This document shows positions 1 through 12,500 of a stretch of 63,896 nt of DNA, in pieces (positions within the stretch are counted from its first letter, which is position 1; each line of letters begins with the position of its first letter). Below the pieces are notes generated by a model, which saw only the letters and a program-made list of their open reading frames with translations, was not told the DNA's origin and did not search any database. Both the position numbers and the translations under genes were made by a program. The DNA is from Negaprion brevirostris (Eukaryota), in NCBI GenBank assembly GCA_030324005.1, contig JARDVH010000031.1:38473784-38537679 (forward strand), written 5' to 3'.

Positions 1-100
1 GAGTGTCAAGAGCAACATTTATAGTATCACTTTCTCCATTTTCAGTGTCACTGTCTGTATTTTGTGTCTTCAATGAACGATTAAGTATTTCATGATGGAC
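1..100. repeat. ~100-bp intronic segment duplicated at 1372-1471
   Basis: gagtgtcaagagcaac...catgatggac identical except one c/t. Confidence 0.95.
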
Positions 101-204
101 TTTGAAGTAGCTTTCTCAGTTTTGGCACAAATCCCCAGGTGCTGCTGAGGAAGATTTTGCAGTGTCAAATTGAGAGGCTGTCTCCTTGATGTTTCCAGTG
201 CTTA

Positions 205-324
205 GAGCCAAAATTCTCCTGTTTCGCCCACTACGGAAATTGTAGCAGGCGAGACAGAAAATTCAGTGGACCATCCAACAGGAATTTCTGTTCTTGGGAT
301 GCACGCGGCCAGAGAATCCTGCCC
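205..324. mobile_element. ~120-bp MITE-like insertion in a LINE remnant
   Basis: Degenerate inverted ends gagccaaaattctc / gagaatcctgccc; interrupts gtgcttag|tcaatgcc, which is contiguous in sister copies. Confidence 0.5.
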
Positions 325-513
325 AACATCAATGCCGTGTTGTCCATCTTGGTTTGCTTTAACCACTTTATCTCCCTGTATGTGTACACAAGTGTGCATA
401 ATGTCGCCTTGGGTTAAACTTCTCTGCCAGATATACTTGTATTATTTTAATTTGTTGCTTAGAAATTTTAATGATGAAAGCTTTGTATCTTAACATTAAA
501 CTGTTTCTTAAAG

Positions 514-585
514 TGCCGGAAGTTCCTAAGAAGCCAGTTCCAGAACCATTGAAACCAAAGAAAGAAGCTGTTACTCCAGAAAAAG
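514..585 (+). CDS. TTN: Titin PEVK exon, 72 nt (VPEVPKKPVPEPLKPKKEAVTPEK)
   Basis: cttaaag|TG...AAAG|gtacat, phase 1-1. Confidence 0.93.
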
Positions 586-3500
586 GTACATATCTTTTCA
601 AACATGCTGGTCGACACATCCTGTTTCCAGGAAATGAAGGGATCAAAGTAAAACAAAAGCTTTGAAATAATAAGAGAAATAACATGTTTTTTTGTGAAGT
701 CATAGGCCGAAATATTACCCCTATGGGCAGATGGACTAAATGTTCAACAGATTGCATTCAATAATGCACTAATTATCTTCTTTTGTAATTACTTTAATCA
801 CCAATTTTAATTCCATAAATATGAAACATAGATGCCCAAGTTCAAAGTATTACATGACAACAAAATACAATTAATTTACTCTGATTTGTTTTACTTAACT
901 AGATTCTCATTTTAATAGATTTACAATTTTACAAATATTTTTATAAATCATTCTTTGCATTCTCGGTTGTTGTTGTTTCTCTTCCCACAATCCTTCATCT
1001 GTTCCCATAGCAAGGCTTTGTCTGGAACAGGTTGCTAACCTGTCGTCAGAGGCTCATAGCTTGAGGGGCGCCACTCTGCATCAATCATGGCTGACTAGAA
1101 TCTCTCCCACTCTTGCCATCTGTCATTGGCATGTTGGAAGGATTTCACAGATTGACAGTCAATCTTTTGGCTGCATTAGAAATGTACCCCTGTTGCCCAT
1201 CAAGTCCAAGGCCATTGATTGGGACTTGAACCCACAGCTTCTGGCACAGAGACAGAGATGCACTCAGTGTATCACAAGACCTCCCTCTACATTCTCAGTG
1301 CCACACTCAATATCTTCAGACTCAAAAGCCATATCCTCACCTATTTCTTAATACTCTGGATATTTCATCATGAGTGTCAAGAGCAACATTTATAGTATCA
1401 CTTTCTCCATTTTCAGTGTCACTGTCTGTATTTTGTGTCTTCAATGAATGATTAAGTATTTCATGATGGACCAATTAGATGTTCTTTTTCGTTGAGCCAA
1501 AATAAAGAGATTTCTGGGTGATCCTGTTCAGCTTTTACATTTTATGATGTTTTCCAAGAGTGTTTTCATTTTGTTTTTCTCATAAGACAAACATTCAGTG
1601 GGTCAGGTTGCTAACCTAAGGGTGACAATCGTACTTTACCATCATTTACCACTGATGTTCTGCCAGTATCACATTCTGGGTTGACTCATTTTTATGATGG
1701 ATATTATAGATAAAAGCTTCCTTAAGGAGTCTTCTCTCTTATTTGCAACACTGGTTCATGCATTCTGTTGCTGTTTGTCAACTTACAATTCACACCTTTA
1801 CATCTTCTGTGCTGTGGTGTGGCATCTGCCATTTTTGCCTTGCCAAGTGATATGTAGGTCTCAGAACATTACTGGCACAAAATAAATAAATTATGAGAGA
1901 AAAATAAGCAGATGAAATAGGAAAAATAGTGAGAGATGCATGGTGTAATTTGTTGCATTCTTTCTTGAAAAGTATGGGTAAGGTTGTTTGAAGCATGCCT
2001 GACTTATAATGTCAGTGGGGACACCTCGTAGAATCCTCTGCTAGGAGGCCAGTGCCCCTCAGGTAGGGATGGTGTGATGTCAACTCCCATATGACATGTT
2101 TTTTGGTCTAGGAATGCATCTCACTGGTTGAGATTGGCCTAACGACCTCAGAATGTTCCAACAAGCAGGCACATTTCTTATGTACAGATATTCGGTTTTA
2201 TTTTGCAACCCTCAATGCTTCTTCCAAATAGTATTCAACATGTAGGATTAGGAACTCATAACTGAGGGAGGGCAGTGGGTGTTAATAAGTAGGAAGTTTC
2301 CTTAGCCTTGTTTGATTTGATACCATGGGAATTTATGACAACTGGAAGCAAGGTTGAGTGTTCCCAGGATCATAACAGCCTGTAGAACCTTTCTGGTGGG
2401 TCTATCCTGCTGGTGACACAGGGCATAGCCAGGATAATGATGCAGGAGTCTGGAATAGTGGCCCTTTGTTGGGGATCAGGCTGTTGCTTGACTGGTTTGT
2501 AAGACAGCTGTCCCAACTTTGGCACATCTCCCCAGCTTTTAATGAGGAGGATCTTTCAGGGTTAGGGTTAGGATTGAATGTCTCTTTGTTGTTTCCTATA
2601 CTTAGGTCAATGCCAGCTGATCCTTCTAGTTTTATTTTAACTAGGTTCTTCTCTGATGTATGTGTACATGACATTAGGTAATATTGCCGTGGGTTGAATT
2701 TCTCTGCCAGCTATGTTTGTGTTATTTTAATGTGATACTTTGATCACTTATTGATAAAATGATTACATATTTAGTATCTTAACATTATGTTTCTTAAAGT
2801 ACCAGAGGTTCCTAAGAAGCCTGTCCCTGAACCATTGAAACCAAAGAAAGAGGCAGTTACTCCAGGAAAAGGTATTTCTTTGTGTTATTTAGATGCTGGA
2901 AATGCCATGTTGCTGTTTAAATATTAAAATGTGATTTGATTTATTGATTATGCTTTAATACTTTTATAAGTATTGTTATTGTAGCTGCAAATTCCAACAA
3001 ACCCAACTACCTTCCTTTGTGTTAGTTATTTCCCTTTATTTCCATTGGCATAAAATTGGTTTGGGTTCCTTAATGCCATAGCCAGTCACATGCTGGCTTG
3101 AGCTCAAGAGCTATCACTCTCTCATCTGACCTCTTCAAATCATCCTTTTTGGGGTCCATATTTGGAATGAAGCTAAAATGAGGCCTGAAGCCGGGTGCAA
3201 CCCAAACTAAGTGGCTCTATGTAGGTTATTGCTGAATCAGTGTCACTTGATTGCACTGTTAATGACTCCTTTCATCACTTTGCAAATGATTGAGTGTAGA
3301 ATGTTGGGTTGGTAATTGGTTTGGATTGGATTTTTCCTCCTTTTTGTAGACAGATGCCTGGATACTTTTGCACGTTGTCAGGTAAATGCCAGTGTTGTAG
3401 CCATACTGGAACAGCCATCTGGAGCACAAGACTTTGTCACTACAACCAGGATTTTGTTCAGTCCCTTCAGCTTTGCTCTACCTAAAGCCAGAGATTTCTT

Positions 3501-6500
3501 GATATTATGTGGAATGAATAGAATTGGCTCAGTACTGTCTTCTGTGATGCTAGGACCCCAAGAGAAGGTCAAGACGAATCAGACATTTGACCCCATGTTC
3601 ATGGGGCCTCCCCATCTCTGTAGTTGTTTCATTTTTAGTCACTATTCATGTCTGAATGCGGCAGGACTATAGGTTTGATCAAACATATTGGTTTTGGAAT
3701 TCCCTAATTTTTTCGATAGCAAGCTCCTTCAGGCGTTTCTCATGCATGTCACTGGGATAGCACTTAATTTTTAAGTCTGTGTACTGCTCCTAACATGCTC
3801 TTGCACTCTTTATCGAACCAGATCTCCTAGCTCAGTGGAAATGGTAGAATAAGGGATATGACAGTCCGTTAATTTATTGATTGCAGTTGAACACAAATAC
3901 TGCTGCTGTTGATAGCCCATGTGGTTTGAGGGCATCCAGTTATGAGATGCTAAATCTGTTTTGAATCTATTCTATTTAGTATTGTGTTAGTGCCACACAT
4001 CACTGACAGAGATACATGGCCAGTTTGGTATTAGCTATATCTCTCAGGATCTAGCCAACTTGATCAGCAATGATGCTACCAAGCCACACTTGCTGATAGG
4101 CATTAACATCTCCCTCCTAGAATGCCATCTGTGCCCTTGCTAACCTCAGAATTTCTTTCAAATGGTGATCTACATGCAAGATAACTGTTACGTCATCTGA
4201 GGGAGGGTAGTAGGGAATGGTCATTGAGAGATTTTCTTGATCATGTTTGACCTGAAACCATGAGACTTTATAGGGTCCGGAGCCAATTTCGAAACCTCCT
4301 AGTGTCGCTCCATCCTTACTGCTTACTGTTAAGCTACCACCTCTGGTAGATGTACCCTGCTAATAGGAGAAGTTATAGCCAGGGATGGTGATGGAGGAGC
4401 ATGGAACGTTGTGATTCTCTGAGTAGTTCTATATAAAGTTATTGCTTGCTTATTCTGTGGGGCAGCTCTCCAAATTCAGGCACAAGTCACCAGATGTTTG
4501 TGCAGGGGATTTTGCAGGTTGACTGGGCAGGATATATCTTGCTTGTTTCCAGTGCTAAGGTCAATGCCAGGTGGTCCATTTGGTTTCATTTTAACCAGTT
4601 TCTTTCCCAATTTGTCTAAATGTGGATTATAGTGACAGTGTTACCTTGAGTTAAGTTTCTCTGCCAAATATGTTATTGTTACATTAACTTATTCTTAGAT
4701 ATTCTAATGATGAAAGCATTAAATCCTAATCATCTTACCATTAAACTATTTTTAAAGTGCCAGAAGTTCCTAAGAAGCCAGTTCCTGAACCATTGAAACC
4801 AAAGAAAGAAGCAGAAGAAGGTATTTTTAATTTTATTATTTTAAGTGCTGGAAATATTTGTGTGAAGCAGATAACTTGATGCTGTTTAAATATTAATATT
4901 TTATTTTTGTTTCGTGCTTTAATATAGTTAGGTTTATTGTTAATACCATCTCCAGCAACCACAACTATTTTCATTTGTGCTAGTTATATTCCAACCCATA
5001 GCAAGCTCTTCCCTGATTCCCATTGACTTCAAACTTGCAAGGGCTCCTTGATGCCACACACTATCAAATGTAGCCTTGAGGTCAAGAGCACTCGCTCTGA
5101 CCACATCTTGAAATCAATATTTTTGACTATGTTTGGACGAGAGCTGAAATGAAGCTTGGAGCCAAGTGACTCTCGCAGAACTCAAACTGAGCATCAATAA
5201 GCAAGTTATTGTTGAGTGAATGTTGCTTGACACTTGACAGCACTTTGCAAATGACTGAGAGTAGACTGTTGTGAGGAGGACTGTGGGTGTAATTGGCTTA
5301 TTGAATTTTTCCTGCTATTTGTGATACGGCACACCTGGAAATTTTGTACATTGTCCAGTAGACACGGGGCAGGGTAGGTGTAGGAAAATGCTTTGTTGAA
5401 ATGGCGGCGTGGGCTCGTTGGGCCGAAGGGCCTGTTTCCCCTGCTGGGTTGTTCTTTGTTCTTCTTTGTTCTTTGTAGATGCCCAGGTTCTAGCTTTACT
5501 AGAACAGCTTGGGTAGAGTTATAGATAGATCTGAAACAAAAAAACTTCACTGCTAAAACCAGGATGTTGTTAAGGCCTGTATCAAGTGGCTCAACTTGTT
5601 TCTTGATATTATGTGGAATTAATCAAATTGACTGAAGATTGGCATCTGTGCTGCTGAGACTTCCAGGAGAAGGCTAAGATAGATAATCCATGTGATACTT
5701 CTGGCTGAAGGTTGTTGCAAATGTTCCAGACTTGGCTTCTACCCTGAAGTGCTGAGCTCTGCCATTGTTGAGGATGGGAATGTTTCTCCTCCTCCTCTTT
5801 GCTGTTTTAATGTCCACAACCGCCACGACTGAATATGGCAGCACTGCAGAGCTTTTGATCTGATCCATTGGTTGGGGAATTGTTTAACTGCCTATCATGA
5901 GCTGCTTCCACTTTAGCGTGGATATAGTCCTGTTGAAACTTCACAGCATTGGCACCGCATTTTTAGCTATGTTTGATGCTGCTCTGGGCTGCCTTTCTGC
6001 GTTCCTCATTGAACCAATTTTGATCCTCCTGGCTTGATGACAGTTAGGAAATGAGGGCTATGGTGGGCCATGAAGGGTGGAATTCTCCCATGGTGAGTGC
6101 CCAGAGACACTTGCCCTTGAGTGATAATCAAGCAAAAAATGGGTTTCATGGTAAAGGGAGCACTTGAAGGCATTGCGTGCTGGCATGGGCGAGGGGCCAG
6201 AGCCCGACATGCACCATCACACCCCATGACAGCCAGAGGCACATCGTTCACCACAGTGCCCTGGTCTCTGGTGAGGGTGGCCGTGCTGCAGGTATCTTCC
6301 ACAGGCATCTACGTTCAGACCATGACCAGGCTTTGGAGAGGGCAGGCACAATGTGCAGCAGTTGGCCGTGGCTGATTTGGTGGTGGACGAGCATGGTGAA
6401 TCTGTTGGGAACCTAAAAGTTGGAAACCAGCCAGCATAAAATTCTCCCAAAGGCAGATTAATGGCAGATCGCTGGTAGGTGGCACAAACACTATTTACAT

Positions 6501-9500
6501 TCATTTACATCTCATGATTGCTCACTAAAACTACTGCCCATTGACATCCCATCAGGCCTTTCAATGGGAATTTACATCAGTCTAAAACCTGATTGCTAAT
6601 GAGTGACATGCGTAAGTCAGTCCTCAGCTCACCAAAGAGTTCAGGGTGAAGGCAACCACAGTGGTGTGCTGCTCCTGAAGCATTGCACACCACTCTGGCA
6701 GGACAGACTGGTTCCTGTCTTCATCTCCAAGCTGAGGCTGGTTCTCATGGACAACACTGTACTGCTGGACCCATTGACTCTTCTTTGTCATCATGTTGGA
6801 TCAGTACTGTGTCTGGGCATAGGGAGTACAGGAGTCTCCTTCCCCCTGGTGACACCCAGCAGTGTCTATCTGGATAGCACTATGCTGCTGGACACATGCA
6901 GCCACCACAACAAAGGTCCAAAGTACAAGTGGGGGTGGAGTATGAGGTGAGGACGTCGGGTTGTGATGTATTGAAGACAAGGAGGGCAATGTGGCAGGAG
7001 GGTAGTACAAGGGGTGTGGGAATGGAGTGGGCTCATGATAACTTGTACCAAGAAGGTGGATGAAGAAGATGAACATTGGAAGGCAGAGGGAAGACCAAGG
7101 GGAGAGAGGACAGACCCCAACAAGGCTGTGTGAAAAACTCACAAGCAATGGCGTCAAGAGGATACCACATTGTTTACTGGATGGGAATGCGTAAAGACTC
7201 CACATGTGATGGGGAGAGGTCCCAGTGCGACATGGATGCCTCGCAGGTGATGGACTCCAGGAAGGTGGAGGCGTGGTGGGGGTGGGCGGGCAGGCAGGCA
7301 GGGAATGGTGATTGAATCAAGGAACAGAATTCTTCTTGAGTTTGTTAGCCTTTTTCCTCCAGGTTGCTGACATCCTGCATGGTTTGGTGAAGACAGGTGG
7401 CCTGGAGGGAGTGATATGAGTGAGCTTGACTGGGATTTAAATATGGCACCAGGACCTTTAAAACAGCCAGCTGAGGGCAGACAGATGAATCAGCTGCCTG
7501 CACATTAGGAGATTTGGAGGTGAACTTCCCACGCAAAATTAATGACATTCCAAGTACTGAATCTTGGGTTGGGATCCCAGTATTCTGGCCGGTGGGACAA
7601 TTGCTGCCAGAACCACTCACCACCTCAGAGTCGCAAAATGGGAGGATTCCACCAGAGTTACTGTTTGCTGTTGAATACATTCAGTCAATAGTGATGCTCC
7701 TGAACCACTATTGAAGATAGACACTGAAAGCTCCCTCCTAGAATTCAACCTGTGTTCTTGCTACCCTTTGTACTTCTTTGAAATGGTTAATGAAAGAGTA
7801 CTACTCCATCAGCTGAGAGAAGTTGGTTGGTGGTAATCAGCAAGAAGTTCCTTGACTATGTTTGGCCTGATAACATGAAACTTCATAGGATGTGGAGTCA
7901 ATGTTGAGGATTCTCAGTGTAGCTCCCTCCCCATTGTACACCACCACACCAACATGTCTGATGAGGCTGACCTGCTGAAGGGACTGTACATAGCCAGAGA
8001 TGGTGATGCTGGATTCTGGTACATTGATTGAAAGATATAATTTGGTGAGTGTGATTATTATATCAGACTGTTGCTTGATTAATCTGTAGACAGCTCTAGC
8101 AATTTTGGCACAAATTCCCAGATGTTAGCAAGGACAAATTTGCAGTGTCAGTTTGGCTGGATGTGTCTTTATCATTATTCTTGCTTAGGTCAATGCCAAA
8201 TGATCCATCACATTTTATTTTAAACAATTTCTCCTGCAATATGTGTACATGAGAATAGACAGTACCATTTTGGGTTAAATTTCTCTGCCAGGTAGTGTTA
8301 CTTTAATTTGTTGTTTAGGTGTATTAATGATGAAAGCATTGTACCATAACCAACTTAATATTGTACTGTTTATTAAAGTGCCACAAGTGCCCAAGAAGCC
8401 TACTCCTGAACCATTGAAACCTAAGAAGGAGGGGGTTCCTGAAAAAGGTACATTACTTTTTGTTGTTTTTCACACTAGAAATGCTTGTACGAGGCAAAAT
8501 CTTTGTTCCTATTAAAGGATTAATATATAATTTGATGTTTTAATTGTTGTTATTGCTGCTACACCTCACTTGGACAGTTGAGAATCTAACTTCAAGTCCC
8601 CAGAGAGGAAAATATATGCCAGAATTATTGCATCAGCTCATTGAAAGGATGACTGACATTGAAGAACTTATGAAAATTATTCAGATTGGACGGCATTGAG
8701 ACTGACCCAGATTCATTACTTGCATCTTTACTAATTATAGTATCAGTATTATTTCATATTAACTGTGTTGTGTGTGTGTCAAATGTGAGTTTCTTTTTGT
8801 ATAAATGTTCTTTGGTACTTATTTTAAAAATAATTGTTTTTAAAAGTGCCCGAGATTCCTAAGAAGCCAGTTGCTGAAGCGGAACCGGCAACTGTTCCGG
8901 AAAAAGTTGAGATTCCTGCACCAGAAGAAGGTAAAACAAAGATTTAATAGAGTGGGGGGAAATGCTTCTTTGGCAGGGGTACATTATGGGTGTTAATGGA
9001 TTGGACATCCATTACTTCAGCACTCAATTTCATTTTGTGACCCTGCCAAAATTAAATTCTCTTCCATGTTTTATATAGGCGCCTCTCAGAAGAAATACTT
9101 CTTTATTCTTCAAAGTTTCTTTATTTTTACTTTTGGATATTTCTGTCATTTTTTTGAAACGATTTTCTTTTGTTGGAGAAATGTTCATTGGTGTGTGATG
9201 TCTTTCAATCGTCATTCCCTTTTCATTACTTTTCAAAGGCTTGCCATGTTTTCTGTTAAAACATACACTGTCCACATTGTAGATCTCAAAACATGCAAGC
9301 AGAATTTATATTGTAATTATCTAGTAAATGGAAAATATAAACAATGCCTTATGTTTATTACATGGAAAATAGGAATAAGTGTAATAATTTTATCCTCAAA
9401 TTTCTTCTTATGACAGTTTTAAAGGTTGTTTGGCATTTTAAAGGTGGTTTGAGGGGAGAAATGTTTGTGCAATGAAATGGAATATTGTCCATTTCAAACA

Positions 9501-12500
9501 CTCATAATTAGCATCAAGCACTCAGATAGAACCCCACCGACAATGCCCCTTAGGGATCAAGTTTAAAAGAAAGCACTCTGCCACACTTTTTTTTCAAACT
9601 TCTCTGAATTATTTTGATGGCTCAAAGTTAAATTGCCAATTTCATTTCACTAAGGAGAGTTCTGTGCTGTGGGCTGGCGCTCACCAAGAAATGTAGCTGC
9701 AGAACTTGCATACAAACAGCAGTTTTTCACTAATTCAGTCTGGGACTCAGTTTGAATCTATGTCTAATTGGCTATATCGTTCAACTTTGATTGTCAGATT
9801 TTCTAAATTATATTAAAACATAAAAGACACCTAGGGTAGTTTGATTATTTTTCCAAGTAAAATGCCTTGTAAGTTTAAGAAATTATAGCATTCCCTTCAA
9901 CCTTCCAATTGTATATGAAAAAAACAGCTGTATTGTAAATGATAGTAAACAACATAATTTTGTTTATTCCTTTATTCTGTTTTCTGTGTTTTGTGTCACT
10001 GTACTTACGTTATCTCTATCTTACCAAATACTTAATTTGTCTTAAAAATAATATTTGAAGTGCTTCAAGTTGACAAGAGAGAAAAACGTGTACCCATCAC
10101 TGTTTCAAGAAAAGTCTTACCCACTTCAGAAAAAGATAGCAAAGGTACAAACCAGCCTATGAATGATAGTATTTGAAAAAGTGTGCTAGTGTGAGCATTT
10201 TTTTTTTAACTGAATGTTACCAGTGCTTAGCTGGTTCATCAGAATTTTTCTTGTGTCACAGTGGTGTCCTTTGTTTCAATGTCAGTAATGTAATTCAGTT
10301 ATGTCTCAGTGTGTAGTCTTGAAATGTTTGTTCTGTTTTAGAGTCATAGAGGCATTGTAACACCAAAGGGGGCCATTGTGTCCATGCTGGCTTGCTGTAG
10401 AGCAATCCAGTCAGTCCTATCTTCCACTTTATCCGTGTAACTCTGTGAGGTTATTTCCCTCTATCCAATTATCTTTTGAAATCATTCATCATCTCCACGA
10501 CTGCCACCCTCATAGGTAGTGAGCTTCATGTCATTACCACTTGCTGCATAAACATGTTCTTCCTCATATCCCCCTTTGTCTCTTACTCCAAACCTTAAAT
10601 CTGCCTCCCCTAGTCCTTGTACCATCAGCTAATGGGGATAGCTTTTCTTTATCTACTTTACTTAAACCAGTCATAATCTTATACACCACAATCAGATCTT
10701 CCCTCAAGCTTATTGCTCCTAGAATAACCCCAGCTTCTCCAATCTAACCTCTTTTAATTAGAACCTTTCTGGTAATCATCTTTCTACCTTTTCAAGGGTC
10801 CTTCACAACCATCTTAAAGAGTGGTGACCAGAATTTAACACAATTCTCTAGTTGTGGCCTAACCACATAATTCATCATATTTCCTTGCTTTTGTATTCAG
10901 TATCTCTATTTATGAAGTCCCTAATCCTAAATGCTGCACTAACTACTCTTTCAATATGTTCCACCACCTACACAGATCTATACACATGAACCATTATTTA
11001 TAAAGCCCTTTCACACTTAACACAAACTATATAGTAGCTGCCAGGGGAAATAATTATAATTAATTACAATTAATGTATCTAGTTGCTTTGAAGAACCCTT
11101 TTGACAACATACATGTGAATATATGTCTAAAGTCTCAGATGAATACCATAGCATCCAGCACCTTGCATATTCTGATTGGATTGAAGTGCAGCCGAGAGAT
11201 AGCATGGCTGTTTGCACATATTCTGCATTGTTCTGCTCAGCAGCATGAAACATAAGTACATTCCACATAGCAGATTGTGCTATTTAAAGTCATCCAACAT
11301 GTGAATAGTGTTAATTAATACCTTGGGGATTTTCTGGCAGAAACCTTGGCAGAAACTGGATGAGGGGGGTCAGTTAAAAATAAGGAAACCAACTTATTCC
11401 TAGGGTGCCACAGCATTATGCAGAAATGCATTTTAACCTAAGGTTTGTCAACCAGATGGCATTGGCCTCTGGCTTTAACTTGCAGACCTTGCCCTGACAT
11501 GCAGTTGCTCCTCTGGGCCTCACAAGAAAACCCTACATCTTGCCCCAAACTTTGCCCCAGTCAGTATGCTTTCCCCATTCCCCAACTGTCTCCTGATCAA
11601 CCTTCCCCAGTGCTGTGCACTATCCTCATTGGTGGCCTCCTGTCACACAAACTGCCACCTGTGCCAGCCAGCTAGCTAGCTGGATCAGCCTGGAGGCTGG
11701 CAAATTGCATATAAACAAGACGTAGAAGTGAAATTTATTGACTGATGACATTCTGTTCACTCGAAACATGTGCTGGTTAGGTTGATTGGCCATGCTAAAT
11801 TGACCCTTAGTGTCAGAAGGATTGGCAGAATAAATGCGTGGGATTGCGTGGATAGGGCATAATTGTTGTTGGTGCAGGGTCGATGAGCTGAATGGCCTCC
11901 TTCTGCATTGTATGGATTCTATGATTCTATATTCACAAGCATCATGTCAAACAAAAATTGGCTTTAACTGCCAATACTGTTTATCTTTAATATTCTGTAT
12001 TAGCAACTTATTTACCATCTAAAGTATCTATTATTATTAAAGTCCCTGAGGTTATGAAAAGTCATATACGCGAAGAAATTACAGAAGTTCGGATTGAAGC
12101 AAGAGAAAAAATTTCTTCTCCTAAAGGTATATCAAAATCTTTATGTCTGTGGATTGCTGTCCTCTTAATTCTTTTTGTGTTCCAGTGCCATGCTGGTTCT
12201 TCTACCTAAATATCTTTGATCCCTGTTGTTGTGTATTTTATGTCTTGATCTGCCTGTTGCTATGTTATTGTACAGTTGTGTTTTGGAGAATATTTTGATG
12301 TGTTGTAAGTGTCTGTAATATTCACTAAATTAACTTGAATGTATAATTTTGAGCCATAACAAGCATCTGCAAGACATCTTTAAAGTTCTGAAATGTCCCA
12401 AGCCACATTTCAAATAGGAATCAGGAAAATAACCGGAAAAGAAGGAGTGGAAGGGAACAAACGAAAAGTTGGCTGAAGTGATGGGATTCTCAGTTTTCAT

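Larger units (their letters stand above)
5000..8215 (-). mobile_element. Degenerate non-LTR retrotransposon fragment with two nested insertions (5363-5474, 6076-7653)
   Basis: Paralogous to 3040-4590 on both sides of the insertions. Confidence 0.65.

Noticed and set aside
6006-7714. Cluster of overlapping ORFs as a nested gene
   Set aside because: Lies inside a GC-richer TIR-bounded insertion; no coherent protein
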